A stretch of DNA of 63,433 bases from a virus (lineage: Duplodnaviria; Caudoviricetes), in the IMG/VR virus record IMGVR_UViG_3300044609_000580, positions 1 to 63,433 of that record; one strand, written 5' to 3'. Positions 28,601 through 39,200 of the stretch are shown in pieces (positions within the stretch are counted from its first letter, which is position 1; every line of letters starts with the position of its first letter). Under the pieces are notes generated by a model, which searched no databases, was not told where the DNA came from, and saw nothing but the letters and a program-made list of their open reading frames with translations. Made by a program: the position numbers and the translations under genes.

Positions 28601-28764
28601 AAAATATGGTCACCAAACTTACCGATTTGCGATTGCAACAGAGTTTGAAGTTGTGTTAGTTCGCGTGCCTGTACTGCATATCCAGGTCTAAACAGAACTC
28701 GATTGAAATTTTTAGTATCATCAAAGTCATCATAGTATGGAGATACATTTAAATTCAGTGCCAT
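22666..28764 (-). CDS. Large virion structural protein, VrlC-like / DUF4815 type
   Basis: LNVSPYYDDFD...RVLFRPGYAVQARELTQLQ, APGADR, RRYTMRDIGVLEQRI, RFKNGILVDAF and DPIAQTF motifs. Confidence 0.85.
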   Translation of the reverse strand: MALNLNVSPYYDDFDDTKNFNRVLFRPGYAVQARELTQLQTLLQSQIGKFGDHIFKNGSVVKGCEFKLDSERAFVKIADAGVENNLLVNYVGDTVTGATTGITAVIIDTATGTEAESPNLKTLYLRYTGGDGESTAVHFSGGETLTVTSTNTGRNGDTFVVDSTYDEAEPINSYWGLSSALTVEDGIVYLDGKFVNHTTQTIILSKYSKYPTLKVGFEIVESTISPEDDQTLLDPAQGSFNYAAPGADRYQVSTTLVAYEPTDTIPSTFNQLVDIVSGSVQRVYTTNIYGELGKNMARRTYDESGNYAVRQFPVLIKEHLNVDGNNGLRELNTVDPERGGSADLLAIGLEAGKAYVRGFEHETFQTEYVIVPKGLTTVNQQEVPISTAYGNYVLVDEFCGLLDLNGGAAVSLRDTAKGAITLGTYSAATVPGTEVGTARVKQIVYESGTPGTAAAQYRIYLYDIQMASADFKDVRGIYYNDTADFHADVVLTDGNAILQESSFNNSLFRVPARATKTIAPNDVYDNSFIYTKEFDGELSATGQVTLTLSGDETFPYDSFTSTIINNNFTMVMKEAATINGTVRAIGEVINLSGAAFTKNSATSITIDLTGNVTSAPKQVKVYVNVQTANANPVLKVLRENRYVIVNTNTHPSTSGGTYSLGLSDVYRIKNIFIGANTDADSAVVAAGVDVASSFTLDNGQRDTEYRNARIVKKPSAPSLVNKKLVIKLDYFTHDGASADGTFFTVDSYPIDDTGVSAGTLKTQDIPVYLSPATGQSYDLRDTLDFRVRLADASANATVVGSATTNPVENNDIIAVPSIGITNPVPTEQFITDLEYYLGRTDRLIIDSEGVFSSIYGTPSLTPTIPAEPENAMSLATIEIPPYPSLAPNVAKTANRPDYGVKFRTVDNRRYTMRDIGVLEQRINRLEYYTSLSLLEKSASDLSIPDGSGLDRFKNGILVDAFTGHNVGNVFDSAYHISIDPAKKEMRPFFYLENIDIGVDSAASTNIFKTGDLITLPYRHVEMIKSTSASKPRNCVGELLFNYIGNMELDPPVDNWTDTTQQPDVSVNFDGNYDAWETMADAWGTQWGDWQDTVTGRTTVGQSSQTVAGNTRISGDTLLQEQTQVVTTTTEQRQTRQGVSLSVTPETQSQRIGARVTNTSIVPFMRSVIVTFIAQRMKPNTRVFPFFDGVAVAAHCRPLDFDPSTDLKPFDPATYSSYADGAYGAPLITNAQGVCVGQFRIPAGTFRTGDKNFRLCDDEYNRDQFITTASNKTWSANGLSQSVQDSIISTRVANVELNSVSDSRSFRETSSTVNRIADRTVGVIERTVNNTFTTVNNITNIDNTVTNVTNINNTNITTITRDPPVIIDEPFPPIVHPVPPVFPPVDPEPPVLPPIQPPPPPPPPPTPPPPPIPPTEVVILDPPTPDPCALQEICWPETEVDLTLGGFDVTFGAGGQTTVIPAGCFQMDPCTTPIVATDPIAQTFYVDGMPFGCYTTQLDVFFRTKSSTAPITLQIREVINGYPGNKVIPFGEVTLNPADVLVSENATTATTFTFPSPVHLQNNTEYCFVLLPAGNDPNYNIWVSELGENELGTQNRISEQPNIGVLFTSANNRSWTAYQKEDIKFTLRRADFEINTVGTVVMKNMNMDYLKFSSFSNGYYLAGDEVHGFSFNITNAGSGYTNGTVAHSLTGGGGTGATVNVTISGGVVTDIELTNLGGGYTSNPTLTIVSGSGTAAAVSVVLNRGFVKQYDSLYHVAKVLITKGSFAAGDIISNESSNGFISEIENKQLNVLETNIGTVDHTPASITWSVAPTATGATSAGSTFEGYNFGQEHELSYEAQIYSYSNEQADLSGGKSLTIRAGMSTQTSTVSPVIDTRKCSIIAIANDINNDDTDEDTNNGAAASKYISRRVVLDDGQDAEDLKVYLSNLIPTGCDVKVYGKFQNATDASNFDNREWIELETNTVPLDSTARSGFVEYAYTIPDANKNAGVLEYTVGSATFTGYKTFAVKVVPLSTNSSVVPKVRELRAIALQV

Positions 28765-28778
28765 ATTTTATGTCTCTC

Positions 28779-30416
28779 TTAAAATTTTAGAATTGCTCTA
28801 ATTTTTTCTACTTGGTCTTGTTGGCGCACGATAAATTCTCTATTGTCCAGATAGATAATTTCACCAGTCGTATTATCTATTTCTGGAGTTGCTAGTGCCA
28901 CAGTTTCACCACTTACATCTGTATTTATTACCAAATTTGGGATCGATTGTGTAGTATTGGTTAATACACTTGATGTAGTAATGATAGGAATTATCGGTAA
29001 GAGATAAATGCTATCATCTGTACCATCTCCATCAGCATCAACTTTTTGTATTACAATAAACCTACCACCACTATCAGTAGTAATAACGTCATCCAGAGCA
29101 TAGTTCTGTGGATCTAAAACTTGAATAACGTAGCAACAGGTTCCAGTGGTATCATCAAAATTATTATTACTATTAAAAATTAATGGATTTTTTATTACGC
29201 CGATTTGTCTGAAATCGTTATTCAAGAACAAGTCGGCATTATCATTAGTAAGGTTTACTGAAAATCCGACATTCGTTGCAAACAATTCTTTCTGTGCATT
29301 TGCACCGTGACCTGCTCTTGGTGAGATTACTGCAATAAGTTCTGCGCCAGCACCTTCAGCACCAGTAATAGTAACATCTGCAAAAGTATAACCCGATCCT
29401 CGGTTGGTTATTGTAACTGACAGAATAGATCCATCATCTGGATCAATATCTAGAATTGCTTCTGCGCCAGAACCATCACCAACAATTGCTACTGCTGCAT
29501 CTCCATCAACATAATCGATACCACCAGAAATAATTTCTAGTCTGTCAATTGTTCCTGGAATTGCTGCGTTTTCTACATCTTCTTGGACAGTTCCGGATTC
29601 CGTGGCGCCCAAAGAAACAGATGCTGCAGCACCAGAACCACCGCCACCAGAGAATGTAATATACGCAAAACTATATCCTTCTCCAGGAGCAGTTAGCGAA
29701 ATAGAAGTAAGAACTCCCCCAGAAACAGATGCAGTTGCAACTGCACCAGTACCATCACCATTTATGATAACTGTTGGTGCAGTTTCATATGACGAACCAG
29801 TATTAGTGATAGTAATAGTATCGATTCTACCATTGACATCAAACTCAGGATCACCAGATCCTGCAATTTTTCTTACTGGAATATATTCAGGTGTCAAGAA
29901 TTTAATTTTATCCGACGCCTCAACCTTAAACATAAATTTCCAGATATATCCATCCGCAGTTTCAATGGCAGAGGTAGAAGTCCCTGTTGGTTTTACGGTG
30001 CTGTCGGCGTTGTCATTGTTGAAGATACATTTATAAACATGATCATCATCAGTCAACACATAAAATAATGAATCCTTTAGAGATGCCGCACCACTGTTTG
30101 CAGTAATTACAGTATCAGTTGAATCCAGTTCGCCATATTTGTCGTCATACTGATCATACACAGTCCCAGATACCCAATTAATTCTTGGGATCATAAGAAC
30201 TGCATCACTTGACTGAATACGTTTTACGAACAGCATATTCCTACTTGAGGTGTTTGCATAACGTGGTGAATCAACTGGAAGTTCGGGTGATTCTTCATCA
30301 TCCCACTCAGTTGTTCTGCCTACAAAGAAATAGAAGAAGTCGTTCTCGTTGTAAATATCACGATACAGACTTCTTGCTATTTCTGTGCGACCTGCTGATC
30401 GTAGAAGAAGTGCCAT
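28779..30416 (-). CDS. g8: Baseplate wedge subunit
   Basis: RINWVSGTVYDQY, FYVLTDDDHVYKCIFN, TADGYIWKFMF and GEIIYLDNR motifs. Confidence 0.88.
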   Translation of the reverse strand: MALLLRSAGRTEIARSLYRDIYNENDFFYFFVGRTTEWDDEESPELPVDSPRYANTSSRNMLFVKRIQSSDAVLMIPRINWVSGTVYDQYDDKYGELDSTDTVITANSGAASLKDSLFYVLTDDDHVYKCIFNNDNADSTVKPTGTSTSAIETADGYIWKFMFKVEASDKIKFLTPEYIPVRKIAGSGDPEFDVNGRIDTITITNTGSSYETAPTVIINGDGTGAVATASVSGGVLTSISLTAPGEGYSFAYITFSGGGGSGAAASVSLGATESGTVQEDVENAAIPGTIDRLEIISGGIDYVDGDAAVAIVGDGSGAEAILDIDPDDGSILSVTITNRGSGYTFADVTITGAEGAGAELIAVISPRAGHGANAQKELFATNVGFSVNLTNDNADLFLNNDFRQIGVIKNPLIFNSNNNFDDTTGTCCYVIQVLDPQNYALDDVITTDSGGRFIVIQKVDADGDGTDDSIYLLPIIPIITTSSVLTNTTQSIPNLVINTDVSGETVALATPEIDNTTGEIIYLDNREFIVRQQDQVEKIRAILKF

Positions 30417-30422
30417 TTTATA

Positions 30423-30872
30423 TTACGAGATCGTTACCGTCCAAGTGATTGTCATGCTGTCTGACGCACCCTTGTTGATGACAGCAAATTCAGTGCGGCA
30501 AAGCATTGTTCCGCTGGTCAGAGCATTGAAGATACCTGCTTCAGTAACTGCACCAGTACCTACGCCAGCACCAAAAGTTGCGACATATTCAATTGCGTTT
30601 GCTGTTACAGTTGTTGAGGTTAGAGCAACACGTGCACCGAGTGGCGTTTCAAGAGCAGTATCACCTGCTGCTGGGTTTGTTGTGCCTTCGCCAACACCCA
30701 TGTGTGACATGGCAGAAAGAGTAGTATCCTTCATGCGCGAAGCAATATAAGCAAGACCAGTGTTAACAACAAGGTTAGGAACAGTTACTTCTTGTGTAAC
30801 ATTCCCTGCTGCGTCGCGAAGAACGATATTTAGTTCGCCCTTAGTACCCTTTACGTTTTCGATTAGTTTCAT
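30423..30872 (-). CDS. Phage structural protein (tail-collar/fibre N-domain-like)
   Basis: NLVVNTGLAYIA, MGVGEGT, GAVTEAGIFNA and INKGASDSMTITWTVT pattern. Confidence 0.65.
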   Translation of the reverse strand: MKLIENVKGTKGELNIVLRDAAGNVTQEVTVPNLVVNTGLAYIASRMKDTTLSAMSHMGVGEGTTNPAAGDTALETPLGARVALTSTTVTANAIEYVATFGAGVGTGAVTEAGIFNALTSGTMLCRTEFAVINKGASDSMTITWTVTIS

Positions 30873-30889
30873 TTGAGTTTACCTTCTTC

Positions 30890-33886
30890 TTAGTTAAAAT
30901 AAGTTACTTGACCAACATAATCCGAACCGAAGTCGCCATCAACATAGTCTTGCGTATTTACAATACCGTCTTCGGTGACTGTTACTGTTTCGAATAGTCC
31001 TTTAAGTGTATTTATAAGCGATTGTTCAGCAATAGTGATAGAATCTATCGTTGCAGAGTCATTCGCCACAATTAATAATTCAGTGGCACCTGCATTGTCA
31101 GTTTTAACCAGATATGGAATTACACCAACTGTATCGGTTGACGTAACAGAATCAACCAAATATTTATACAGATGATTGAATGATGTTTCAGTTGCATTTG
31201 CCTCATCTACATCAAACTCGTCAGCACCCGATGGACGTTCTATACCAGCAGCGGTATATTCATGTGTGATCACAGATTCTGTAAACGTTCTATAATACTC
31301 GACAGTTCTGGCGAATGTATCTGAGTTAGTTGCCGTATCTGTAAGAGGTTTGCTCATCACAAACGCTTGCGATTCTGAGGTATTTGCTGCGTCAGCAATA
31401 ACCTTTGCAAAATCAAATTCAGTACTATCTGCTGCAACATAATTTTCGTCGAAGAAATCTTCAGCATATGGATCTTGAAGGAAAATTGTTTCTTGTAGAA
31501 TCTTATCGAAATCAGTGATTGCATTTTCAGCAGTAATTGTTGTTTCGTTTACTTCTCTGACATATTGAACAACACGATCGAATACATCTGTTGTTTCTGT
31601 TGTATCGCCTTCGTCTTCATAGATACCAACAGTAAAGTCAAGAGATGTTATGTCTGCTACTGTAGCAGCATCAGACAATACCTTGAAGACATGACTGCTA
31701 TTTACATCTGCTACTGTTGCAGAGTCAGTAAGAATCTTAATAAACTCAACTTCGAAATAGAATTCATTATTGCGATTAATACCACCTGAGGCAGAAAGTT
31801 CTTCGAGAACAAACTCATAGATATGCAGAGGTTGTATTGGCGTTGTAATGAATTGACTGAAGTCAACTGTCTGCTCGATGGTAAGTTCACCGAAGATAGC
31901 AGTACCTGCTGGGTGTGTAGTATTCTTTACAATATCCAACCATTTATTGGATGGAACATTTGAGCGAATCACATATGAATAGTTCTGGTAGTAGAAGTTG
32001 TCTTGTAGTCTGTTGACATTCGACAGCATACCACGGGAGTCTCTAAATCTGCCCGTCTTGGTATTAACTGCACCAGTAGTAAATTGCAACGTGGCAGTAC
32101 ACCCTAGTGCCGATTCAATTATCGCAGTGAATGTTTCGCGCTCAAAGTCAAAACCTGTATCGAAAATACTAACTGCAGTTGGGCAACCATCACCATCAAC
32201 TGCATCTATTCTAATAGACGCCTTGTTGTCTCTACCTACGAGAGTATACGGATTTAACCCAGTGTCAGTTTCATTATATTTGTTAAGAAAATATTCTAGA
32301 GTTTCATTTTCAAATTCTATAGTATATGAACCTACTGAACCAGATTCATCAATAGAGAAAATGTCGCCGACTGTAAACCCACATGGTGGTGTTCCGTCAC
32401 AGTCAATGACATCAACCGTTGCTAATTGGCGAACAATATAACCATATTGTGTGACAGTCGTCCCAGAAACAATCTCAACTTTAGTTCTTATTGCTTCTGT
32501 GGAAAACGTAACAGCAGGTGCTGTGGCATACCCAGAACCGCCATTAGTAACTATGATATTTGATATTTCCCCAGTATCAGTTAATACTGCTCTTGCAGCT
32601 GCACCAGCACCCGTTTGTGAAGTAAATTCGATAGTTGGTGTTGCAAAGTATCCATTACCACCGTCAGTAACAGGAGCATAAAGTCTGTTATTTCCTGGAT
32701 CAGCAGGTGCAATATTAATCGCCGTGCCGAGCGCTGCGTTGTTTGCAGTTAATGCTAATTTTATTTGGTTAGGACTTACAACAATTACATAATATGTGGT
32801 ATACTCTGTCAACCCACCGAGAACATGACCTGTGCCTCTAGTATATATTACAATATCACCAGTAGAATAACCGTGACTGTTTATTGTAATTATATTCGTG
32901 GAGTCATTTACGCCTGTTGATGAATTGAATTGCGTATACGCCTCACCAACAATTGCCCGAACCTGTCCACCTGCGACAAGTGCAGAGGCAACCGCACCAG
33001 CGCCTGGAACTCGAATCGTTGCAGTTTTAGGTAGACTTGTTACCAACTCATACACAGCAGGAAAAACATAAGCAAATTTAGTTACGTTGCTGATGTTTGT
33101 CTGCACGGTTCTTTCATATGTTACTGATGAGACATTCTCATAGTATGTAATTCTAACTGTTTTACTACTTAGATCGAACGGATTTGCTGTGATCGATGAA
33201 TCGACTGCCAATTTTAATGTTACATCTTCAATCCAAATACCATCAGACGCACGAAGAATCTGTTCAGATGGATAGAAAATTTCTGTGCGTTCGTTGTATA
33301 AGACTCTAAAGAGAAGTTCTATTGCTTTCTCTGAACCCTTTGATTCATAGAACTGCTTGATGAATTTAATTAATCGTCTATCATCTATTTGCGCAGTAAT
33401 CGGAAAGTTCTGTGCATATTGATTCTTAAACTTTGGAATGAATGTATCAAGTGTTCTGTTGATATCAAAATTATTATCATGGTTAAGAAGGATATTGTTT
33501 ACTTGATTATCTTCGTCCAAAAACTCATAGTATTTTTGAAGAAAGGATACAAATACTGGATATTCGTTACGAACGAAATCTGGTAATTGATTTGAAATTA
33601 AGTGACTTAATGATTCTTTAAATCCATTATATTCATTATCAATGTATACCATGTTCGCAGTCGCTGCGGCACCAGATCCACTACCACCTGAAAATGTTAT
33701 TGCTGGGGGACTGGTATAATCATAACCTGAATTAGTTACAGTTACAGCAGTAACTTTACCATTAGAAATAGTCGCTGTTGCAGTGGCATTACCGCCAATA
33801 ACTACTGTAGGCGCAGATGTATATCCTGAACCACCCTCAGTTACCGATATACTCGCGACTTTCTTATAGTATGAAGGTATAGTCAT
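30890..33886 (-). CDS. g7: Baseplate wedge initiator-like protein
   Basis: QLPDFVRNEYPVFVSFLQKYYEF, FYESKGSE, LQDNFYYQNYSYVI and HPAGTAIFG motifs; lies between g6 and g8. Confidence 0.8.
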   Translation of the reverse strand: MTIPSYYKKVASISVTEGGSGYTSAPTVVIGGNATATATISNGKVTAVTVTNSGYDYTSPPAITFSGGSGSGAAATANMVYIDNEYNGFKESLSHLISNQLPDFVRNEYPVFVSFLQKYYEFLDEDNQVNNILLNHDNNFDINRTLDTFIPKFKNQYAQNFPITAQIDDRRLIKFIKQFYESKGSEKAIELLFRVLYNERTEIFYPSEQILRASDGIWIEDVTLKLAVDSSITANPFDLSSKTVRITYYENVSSVTYERTVQTNISNVTKFAYVFPAVYELVTSLPKTATIRVPGAGAVASALVAGGQVRAIVGEAYTQFNSSTGVNDSTNIITINSHGYSTGDIVIYTRGTGHVLGGLTEYTTYYVIVVSPNQIKLALTANNAALGTAINIAPADPGNNRLYAPVTDGGNGYFATPTIEFTSQTGAGAAARAVLTDTGEISNIIVTNGGSGYATAPAVTFSTEAIRTKVEIVSGTTVTQYGYIVRQLATVDVIDCDGTPPCGFTVGDIFSIDESGSVGSYTIEFENETLEYFLNKYNETDTGLNPYTLVGRDNKASIRIDAVDGDGCPTAVSIFDTGFDFERETFTAIIESALGCTATLQFTTGAVNTKTGRFRDSRGMLSNVNRLQDNFYYQNYSYVIRSNVPSNKWLDIVKNTTHPAGTAIFGELTIEQTVDFSQFITTPIQPLHIYEFVLEELSASGGINRNNEFYFEVEFIKILTDSATVADVNSSHVFKVLSDAATVADITSLDFTVGIYEDEGDTTETTDVFDRVVQYVREVNETTITAENAITDFDKILQETIFLQDPYAEDFFDENYVAADSTEFDFAKVIADAANTSESQAFVMSKPLTDTATNSDTFARTVEYYRTFTESVITHEYTAAGIERPSGADEFDVDEANATETSFNHLYKYLVDSVTSTDTVGVIPYLVKTDNAGATELLIVANDSATIDSITIAEQSLINTLKGLFETVTVTEDGIVNTQDYVDGDFGSDYVGQVTYFN

Positions 33887-33889
33887 CTA

Positions 33890-35785
33890 TCAGTCTTGCA
33901 CATTAGCAATTGCAGTTATTGTTAATCCTTGTGGAATATTAGCAGCAGCATTGGCGGCACTTGTATCATCCAGCGCCAACACAGTGTTTCTTGCAGCAAA
34001 TGGAAAGACTGGTCCCGTCGACAGTGCAGTTGTAGAAATAAATCCTGAAGTCAAAATATCGGGAGAGTATCCATAAGGTTCGACATAAAACCTTAATTCG
34101 TTTTCAGTGCCACTTAGTGTATCAATTGCTAACTGTGGAATTGTTACCACGCCGTTGATATAGTCAATAGATCCAACATCTGACAGTATTATGGCATCAT
34201 CAGAAACCCGTCTCATTACTAGTGATCCAAGTTCTTCCCTCGTACCCACATTTCCGTCAGTTATATAAACTTCGTACGGCGCTCCAGTAATTGTTGTTGT
34301 AAAGTTTGTTGTTCTGAACGCTCCATTTTCAAGTTCGAAATTGAAATATACTTCATATTGCTCAGCGACACCAATGATCACAGGAAGTCTTCTGTGCACA
34401 CTAAGTTGTATGTTATTGGAATAGATTGACTTTGTTGTGCTCGTCACCGCAGAACTCAACTTAGAATAATAAAAATTCTTTTGGAGTTTATTCAAGTTAC
34501 TAGAAAAGAAATTATTTACGACCGTTCTAATTTCCGATTCGATTCTCGATGAGGTCAACGTAGTTATATTCTTATCGTAATTTGCAGTGATGTTCAATCC
34601 AATATACGTTGTTATTGGATCAACATATTCTGGTTGGATTGAAACCACGCTTCTCGGACGAATAATATCTCTACTAATAATATCTTTATCTGCTTGTGAT
34701 ACAATAGATCCTGGTTGAGGTTGAATTGAAATAAACACTTTACCATAAATTGGCGGAATATTTTCTTCACCACCCCAAACTGTTAGTGAATTGATATTAC
34801 TAAATCTGGATTTAATAAGTGCTTCGTAATCATTAGAGGTGACAGCACGATTTTTAGTTGCATTAAACTTTGGCGCATTAAAACGAACGCTGTCAATTGA
34901 TTGCTTTTCCTGTCCGCCAGTTGATGAATTGATGGGATAGATGTTCTTTATTTCCCCCGATCCAGTAAAATTACCAGATGCAGTGAATGAAGAAATATTG
35001 TTTGCCGATAAACCATTAGTTACGATGTAGTCAATGTTAACAATATTACCAACCGCAAGTGATGCGCCAATAATATCGTCTCCGAATCTTACTTCATATA
35101 GACCAGCTGGACCTTCTTCAACAAAGAACCCTCTAGTTGTTGAAGTGACATCAAGAATCTCATCATAAAAATTCCAAGAACTTGTAGTGATGTTTGTTGA
35201 AGATTCTTGCACTCTGACGCGAATAGTTGTTGTGTCAATATTCTGATTAGGAAGAACGAATGGTCCAGATTTATTAGAAAGATCAACTACGAATCTATTG
35301 GAAACTCTCTTTCCTTCAATCAGATCCATAGTATAACTAAACCCTGTTTGCCCCGTTTCCAGAGTTACCAATCCTGAATAATAATCTTCTCTTGGATAAA
35401 ACGTATATGTTTTATTTCCAATTTTTGCGGTAAATGGTGAGTCCCTTGAAATAGTCAACCCTGTATTGGTGTAAGAATCTGGTGGATCTATTTCAAATGT
35501 TACGTTTGCAACTGCTGCTCTTCTAGAGGTTGGAGTATAACCAAGAGTCTTTGCAATAGATACAACTGAATTTCGTTTGACTGCACTATCAAGAAACATT
35601 TCGTTTGCAAGAAAGTGTGCAAGAGTTCCGTTATAGTGAGTGTTATATGCGAGAATGTCTACAAGAACAGAAAGACCTGATGCCTCGAAGTTGTAGTCTG
35701 CAAATTCTTCTTGCGAAGAAAGAAAGGTTTTTAGATTTTGTTTAATCGTTTCAAAATCTAATTCTGTTACTTCTAATTGCGCCAT
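33890..35785 (-). CDS. g6: Baseplate wedge subunit
   Basis: ELDFETIKQNLK, LAYNTHY, NEMFLDSA, RAVTSNDY and WGGEENIPPIYGKVFISI motifs. Confidence 0.95.
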   Translation of the reverse strand: MAQLEVTELDFETIKQNLKTFLSSQEEFADYNFEASGLSVLVDILAYNTHYNGTLAHFLANEMFLDSAVKRNSVVSIAKTLGYTPTSRRAAVANVTFEIDPPDSYTNTGLTISRDSPFTAKIGNKTYTFYPREDYYSGLVTLETGQTGFSYTMDLIEGKRVSNRFVVDLSNKSGPFVLPNQNIDTTTIRVRVQESSTNITTSSWNFYDEILDVTSTTRGFFVEEGPAGLYEVRFGDDIIGASLAVGNIVNIDYIVTNGLSANNISSFTASGNFTGSGEIKNIYPINSSTGGQEKQSIDSVRFNAPKFNATKNRAVTSNDYEALIKSRFSNINSLTVWGGEENIPPIYGKVFISIQPQPGSIVSQADKDIISRDIIRPRSVVSIQPEYVDPITTYIGLNITANYDKNITTLTSSRIESEIRTVVNNFFSSNLNKLQKNFYYSKLSSAVTSTTKSIYSNNIQLSVHRRLPVIIGVAEQYEVYFNFELENGAFRTTNFTTTITGAPYEVYITDGNVGTREELGSLVMRRVSDDAIILSDVGSIDYINGVVTIPQLAIDTLSGTENELRFYVEPYGYSPDILTSGFISTTALSTGPVFPFAARNTVLALDDTSAANAAANIPQGLTITAIANVQD

Positions 35786-36183
35786 TATCGAGTTCTCTTT
35801 AATATTGTTGAAAATGTCACTGGGTCTCTAACACCCACCACATAGAAATATATTGATACTCTGAATGAGTTTTCATCATATAAAGGAACCACAGTAACTT
35901 CTTGTGCTCTCACTCGAGGTTCATACTGACTGATCAGCAATTCTAGTCTGAGTTTTAAAGAATTGGCAGATGGTACATCTATATTCTCAAACAACATACC
36001 ATAAACAGGAGAACCCAATTTTGGTTGAAACGGTCGTTCATAAAAATTTGTCAGGATCAAAGTTTTTAATGCCTGTTTGACAGCATCAACATCATACTTC
36101 TTGGAAACGTCACCCGTATTTGGATGCGCCAAAAAGTTTAGGTCAATATCCGAATAGATTCTGTTTATTGCTTTCGTGGTCAT
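35785..36183 (-). CDS. g25: Baseplate wedge subunit
   Basis: YSDIDLNF, AVKQALKTLILTNFYERPFQPKLGS and YEPRV motifs. Confidence 0.93.
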   Translation of the reverse strand: MTTKAINRIYSDIDLNFLAHPNTGDVSKKYDVDAVKQALKTLILTNFYERPFQPKLGSPVYGMLFENIDVPSANSLKLRLELLISQYEPRVRAQEVTVVPLYDENSFRVSIYFYVVGVRDPVTFSTILKRTR

Positions 36184-36188
36184 AATTC

Positions 36189-36196
36189 TATTTATA
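36189..36196 (-). promoter_or_regulatory. Late promoter TATAAATA, 5 nt upstream of the g25 ATG (leaderless)
   Basis: TATAAATA-GAATT-ATG, no Shine-Dalgarno. Confidence 0.75.
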
Positions 36197-36207
36197 ATGT
36201 TTTTTGA

Positions 36208-39200
36208 TCATGTCATAACAAACCCAGTCATAGAGGCACTTAACCCTTTATTTACTCTTTTGGGTTTGCTGCTGTTACTTCCCACCATGCTAAACTTTTG
36301 CCCTCTTACTGCACCTTGTTGATTGACAACTCCAACGTGAACCCAATAATTAGGCTGCCCACCGTTTTCAAATATGATTTGGTCCATTCCTGGGCAGTTT
36401 CGCGCAATCCATTCTGCTAATTGCATATGCGCTCGACCATCAGCCTTTTTACCTGGAATTCTAAGATCTACTGCTGCTCCAATCGGATGCGCAGAAGTAT
36501 TGCCGCTGTATTGTCTATATCCTGAATTTATGATGAGACCAGGAAATTGTTTTCTAGCAGGTTCAACAACGTTGACCAAAATGCATCTCATATTTGCCAG
36601 AATGTCAACAGTTCCCCACCTACCAAATGGAACAATGCTGCTAGATTTGGATTCCACTGTTTGCATAAACTCTTTTAATGTATAGTTTGGCGACAACTTA
36701 AACGACATGTCAGGACGTTTCGGATTCATTGCTGGAATTGCAGGCAACCCACTATTCGCGCCTCCACATGCAGCAGGAGGTTTAGATTGGAATGGACCTG
36801 CGGCCTCGGAACCACCAGATGAATTTGACGGATCTACTCCATTTTCGGTCGAACCATCCGTTGATTGATTACCTTCTCCTTGAGCACAATCAGCAGAACT
36901 GTGGTCACTGTTTGTACCTTCTGAATCAAGTTCACCACCGTCTGTTGCGACGTTCGAGTCACCCCCTCCGCCTCCACCGCGATTACTTGTATTACTAGCA
37001 CCTACTCCTGCAGAACTTGCTGGTGCAGATCCCTTTGATACAGAAACTGGAAGTTCGAGAGGAACTGGTTTCGAGAGTGGAGCAACCGATGCACAATCTG
37101 CCTCAACAGCAGAAGTGGCGGAAGCAGGAGCAGTTACAGAAGCAGATGTCGGACCAGATATAGGAAGATCGTGAGTGCTTCCGCCATTGGTACCAGTATC
37201 AGTTCCAGTTGCTCGAAGATTTGTGCTACCAGCATTCAGCGTGGAGACATTTGCAGTTGTAACATCAAGAGTTGGTGTATCAATAGGTGAAGACGCAACA
37301 AGAGGTGCCTTAAGATTGATATTTCCTGCACCTTCAACATTAACAGCAGCGCCAGATTTGTTATTGAATGCTCCCACAGATTCTTGGTTCATAACAGCAG
37401 CAGTCAACATATTCATGTCGCCTGCAGATTTTGCCTTGAAGACACCGTCTGTGCAGAAATTCATATCACCAGTGGATGTCGTATAACTTATACCTGAAAT
37501 TTTGACATTAGAATTTGCCTTTGAGGTCATGTTATATCCACCAGTTGTTGTAATATTATAAGTACCAACAACTTCTTGCGTTAGTTTACCTTTGCTCCTC
37601 ATCTCAATATCACCGACATTGTCGAGAGAGAAAATACCTTGGTTGCGAACAAATATGCCCTTACCTGCTGAAACAGCGATATGTCCACCAACGTTCAAAT
37701 CTAAGTCATTATGGACATCAATTGATGCTTTACCGTGCATAGTAAGATTTGTGTCGCCTGCAATATAGACATTGCATGCTCCAGCAAGATGCACGTTTGC
37801 AGAACCTTCGATAAGAATATAACCATCATTGTCGTAGATAGTATATCCATCTCCTACAATCTTTGTAACTTTCGTCCCGTCTGGTCCAATCTCATCGAAT
37901 GTTCCAGATCTATGCGCAAAGTTTAAACGCTCGGCGCCAGGAGTATCGTCGATTTCTAATGCGTGCCCAGATTCTCCACCAAATACTTTATTGTATGGGT
38001 ATTGCGCTGCGTACGGTGATTCAGGTTGTGACCAAGTTGTTCCGTTTCTTCCCGCAGTTTTTACTTCACGTTTTCTAGATGCATTTCTTGCAGCAGGAGA
38101 AGCACCTGGAGAGGTTGATTTTCTATCACCTGCAGGGGATCTTGGATCAGCATTTATACTCGGAGAGTTAATCCCAACTGCTAATGTATTTGTGTCAGGT
38201 TTATTTACGCTTTCTTTTTTTGGATACTGATTGTTTGGATCTTGGAATCCTTTAGATGGATCTGATGGTATCACATCCGAATTAGATGGTTGATTTGTAG
38301 CATTAAAAGTCGCTTCACTGTTTCTACCAGCAGCAATTGCAGGAGATCCTTTATCTGGATCGCGAACTTGATCAAGATCTTCGCCTGCTTTTGGTGGCGA
38401 TACATTGGCAGCAGGTGCAACAGGAACAACCGTCTTTTCAGTTGTCAGCGTTCCATCCGCTGTTGTGGTTGTTGTAACAACTGTTTTGCTTCCATCTTCA
38501 TACACTGTGGTAACAGTGGTTGAAGATGTACCATCAGCATTCGAAGTTTCTTGTGCTTCTGTTGATGGTATATTTTTTTGATTTTCTAGTGGTTCGGTAA
38601 CTACTAAGAAATTATTATTAATATCATTTTTCAGTGCTTCTAATGCTTCTGCTTCAGTTGCGCCTTGCTGTTGTGTAGAATACGCTTCTTTGACGGATTC
38701 AATATCCTTTTTATATCCACTGGCACCAGTAAAGTAATTAATAATTTGAGTGTATGTTAATGCAACCTTGGGATCGGTTATACTAACTTTTAATGCTGCA
38801 AGGTCATCTACTAAGTTGCTGATTGTTGTGCTCGAAAGATAACCATCTGTGTTTGTAACAGTAATAGACTTTATATTTAATCCATTAATTTTGACTGTAA
38901 CAGATCCAGTGTTTCCACTCCAATATAAATTGATGGATCCAACCGATTTTATGACTTCTAATGGATTCTCTAATTTAGTTTTAGAAGATGCTTTAGAAAG
39001 TTGTCTGTCGAGTTGATCAATCAGAGAAGTTTTTAAAGAATTTCTATCTGATTCTGCCCCAGAACAAACAAGTTTGTTGGTCCCAACTAATACACCTCTG
39101 GCACTAAAGGTCGTCCCTTCAAGGAGATAGTCAATTTTATATCCAGTACCGCTCGAGGAAGCAGAAGATGCCTTGGGTTTTTCTGGTGGTGCAGCAGTTG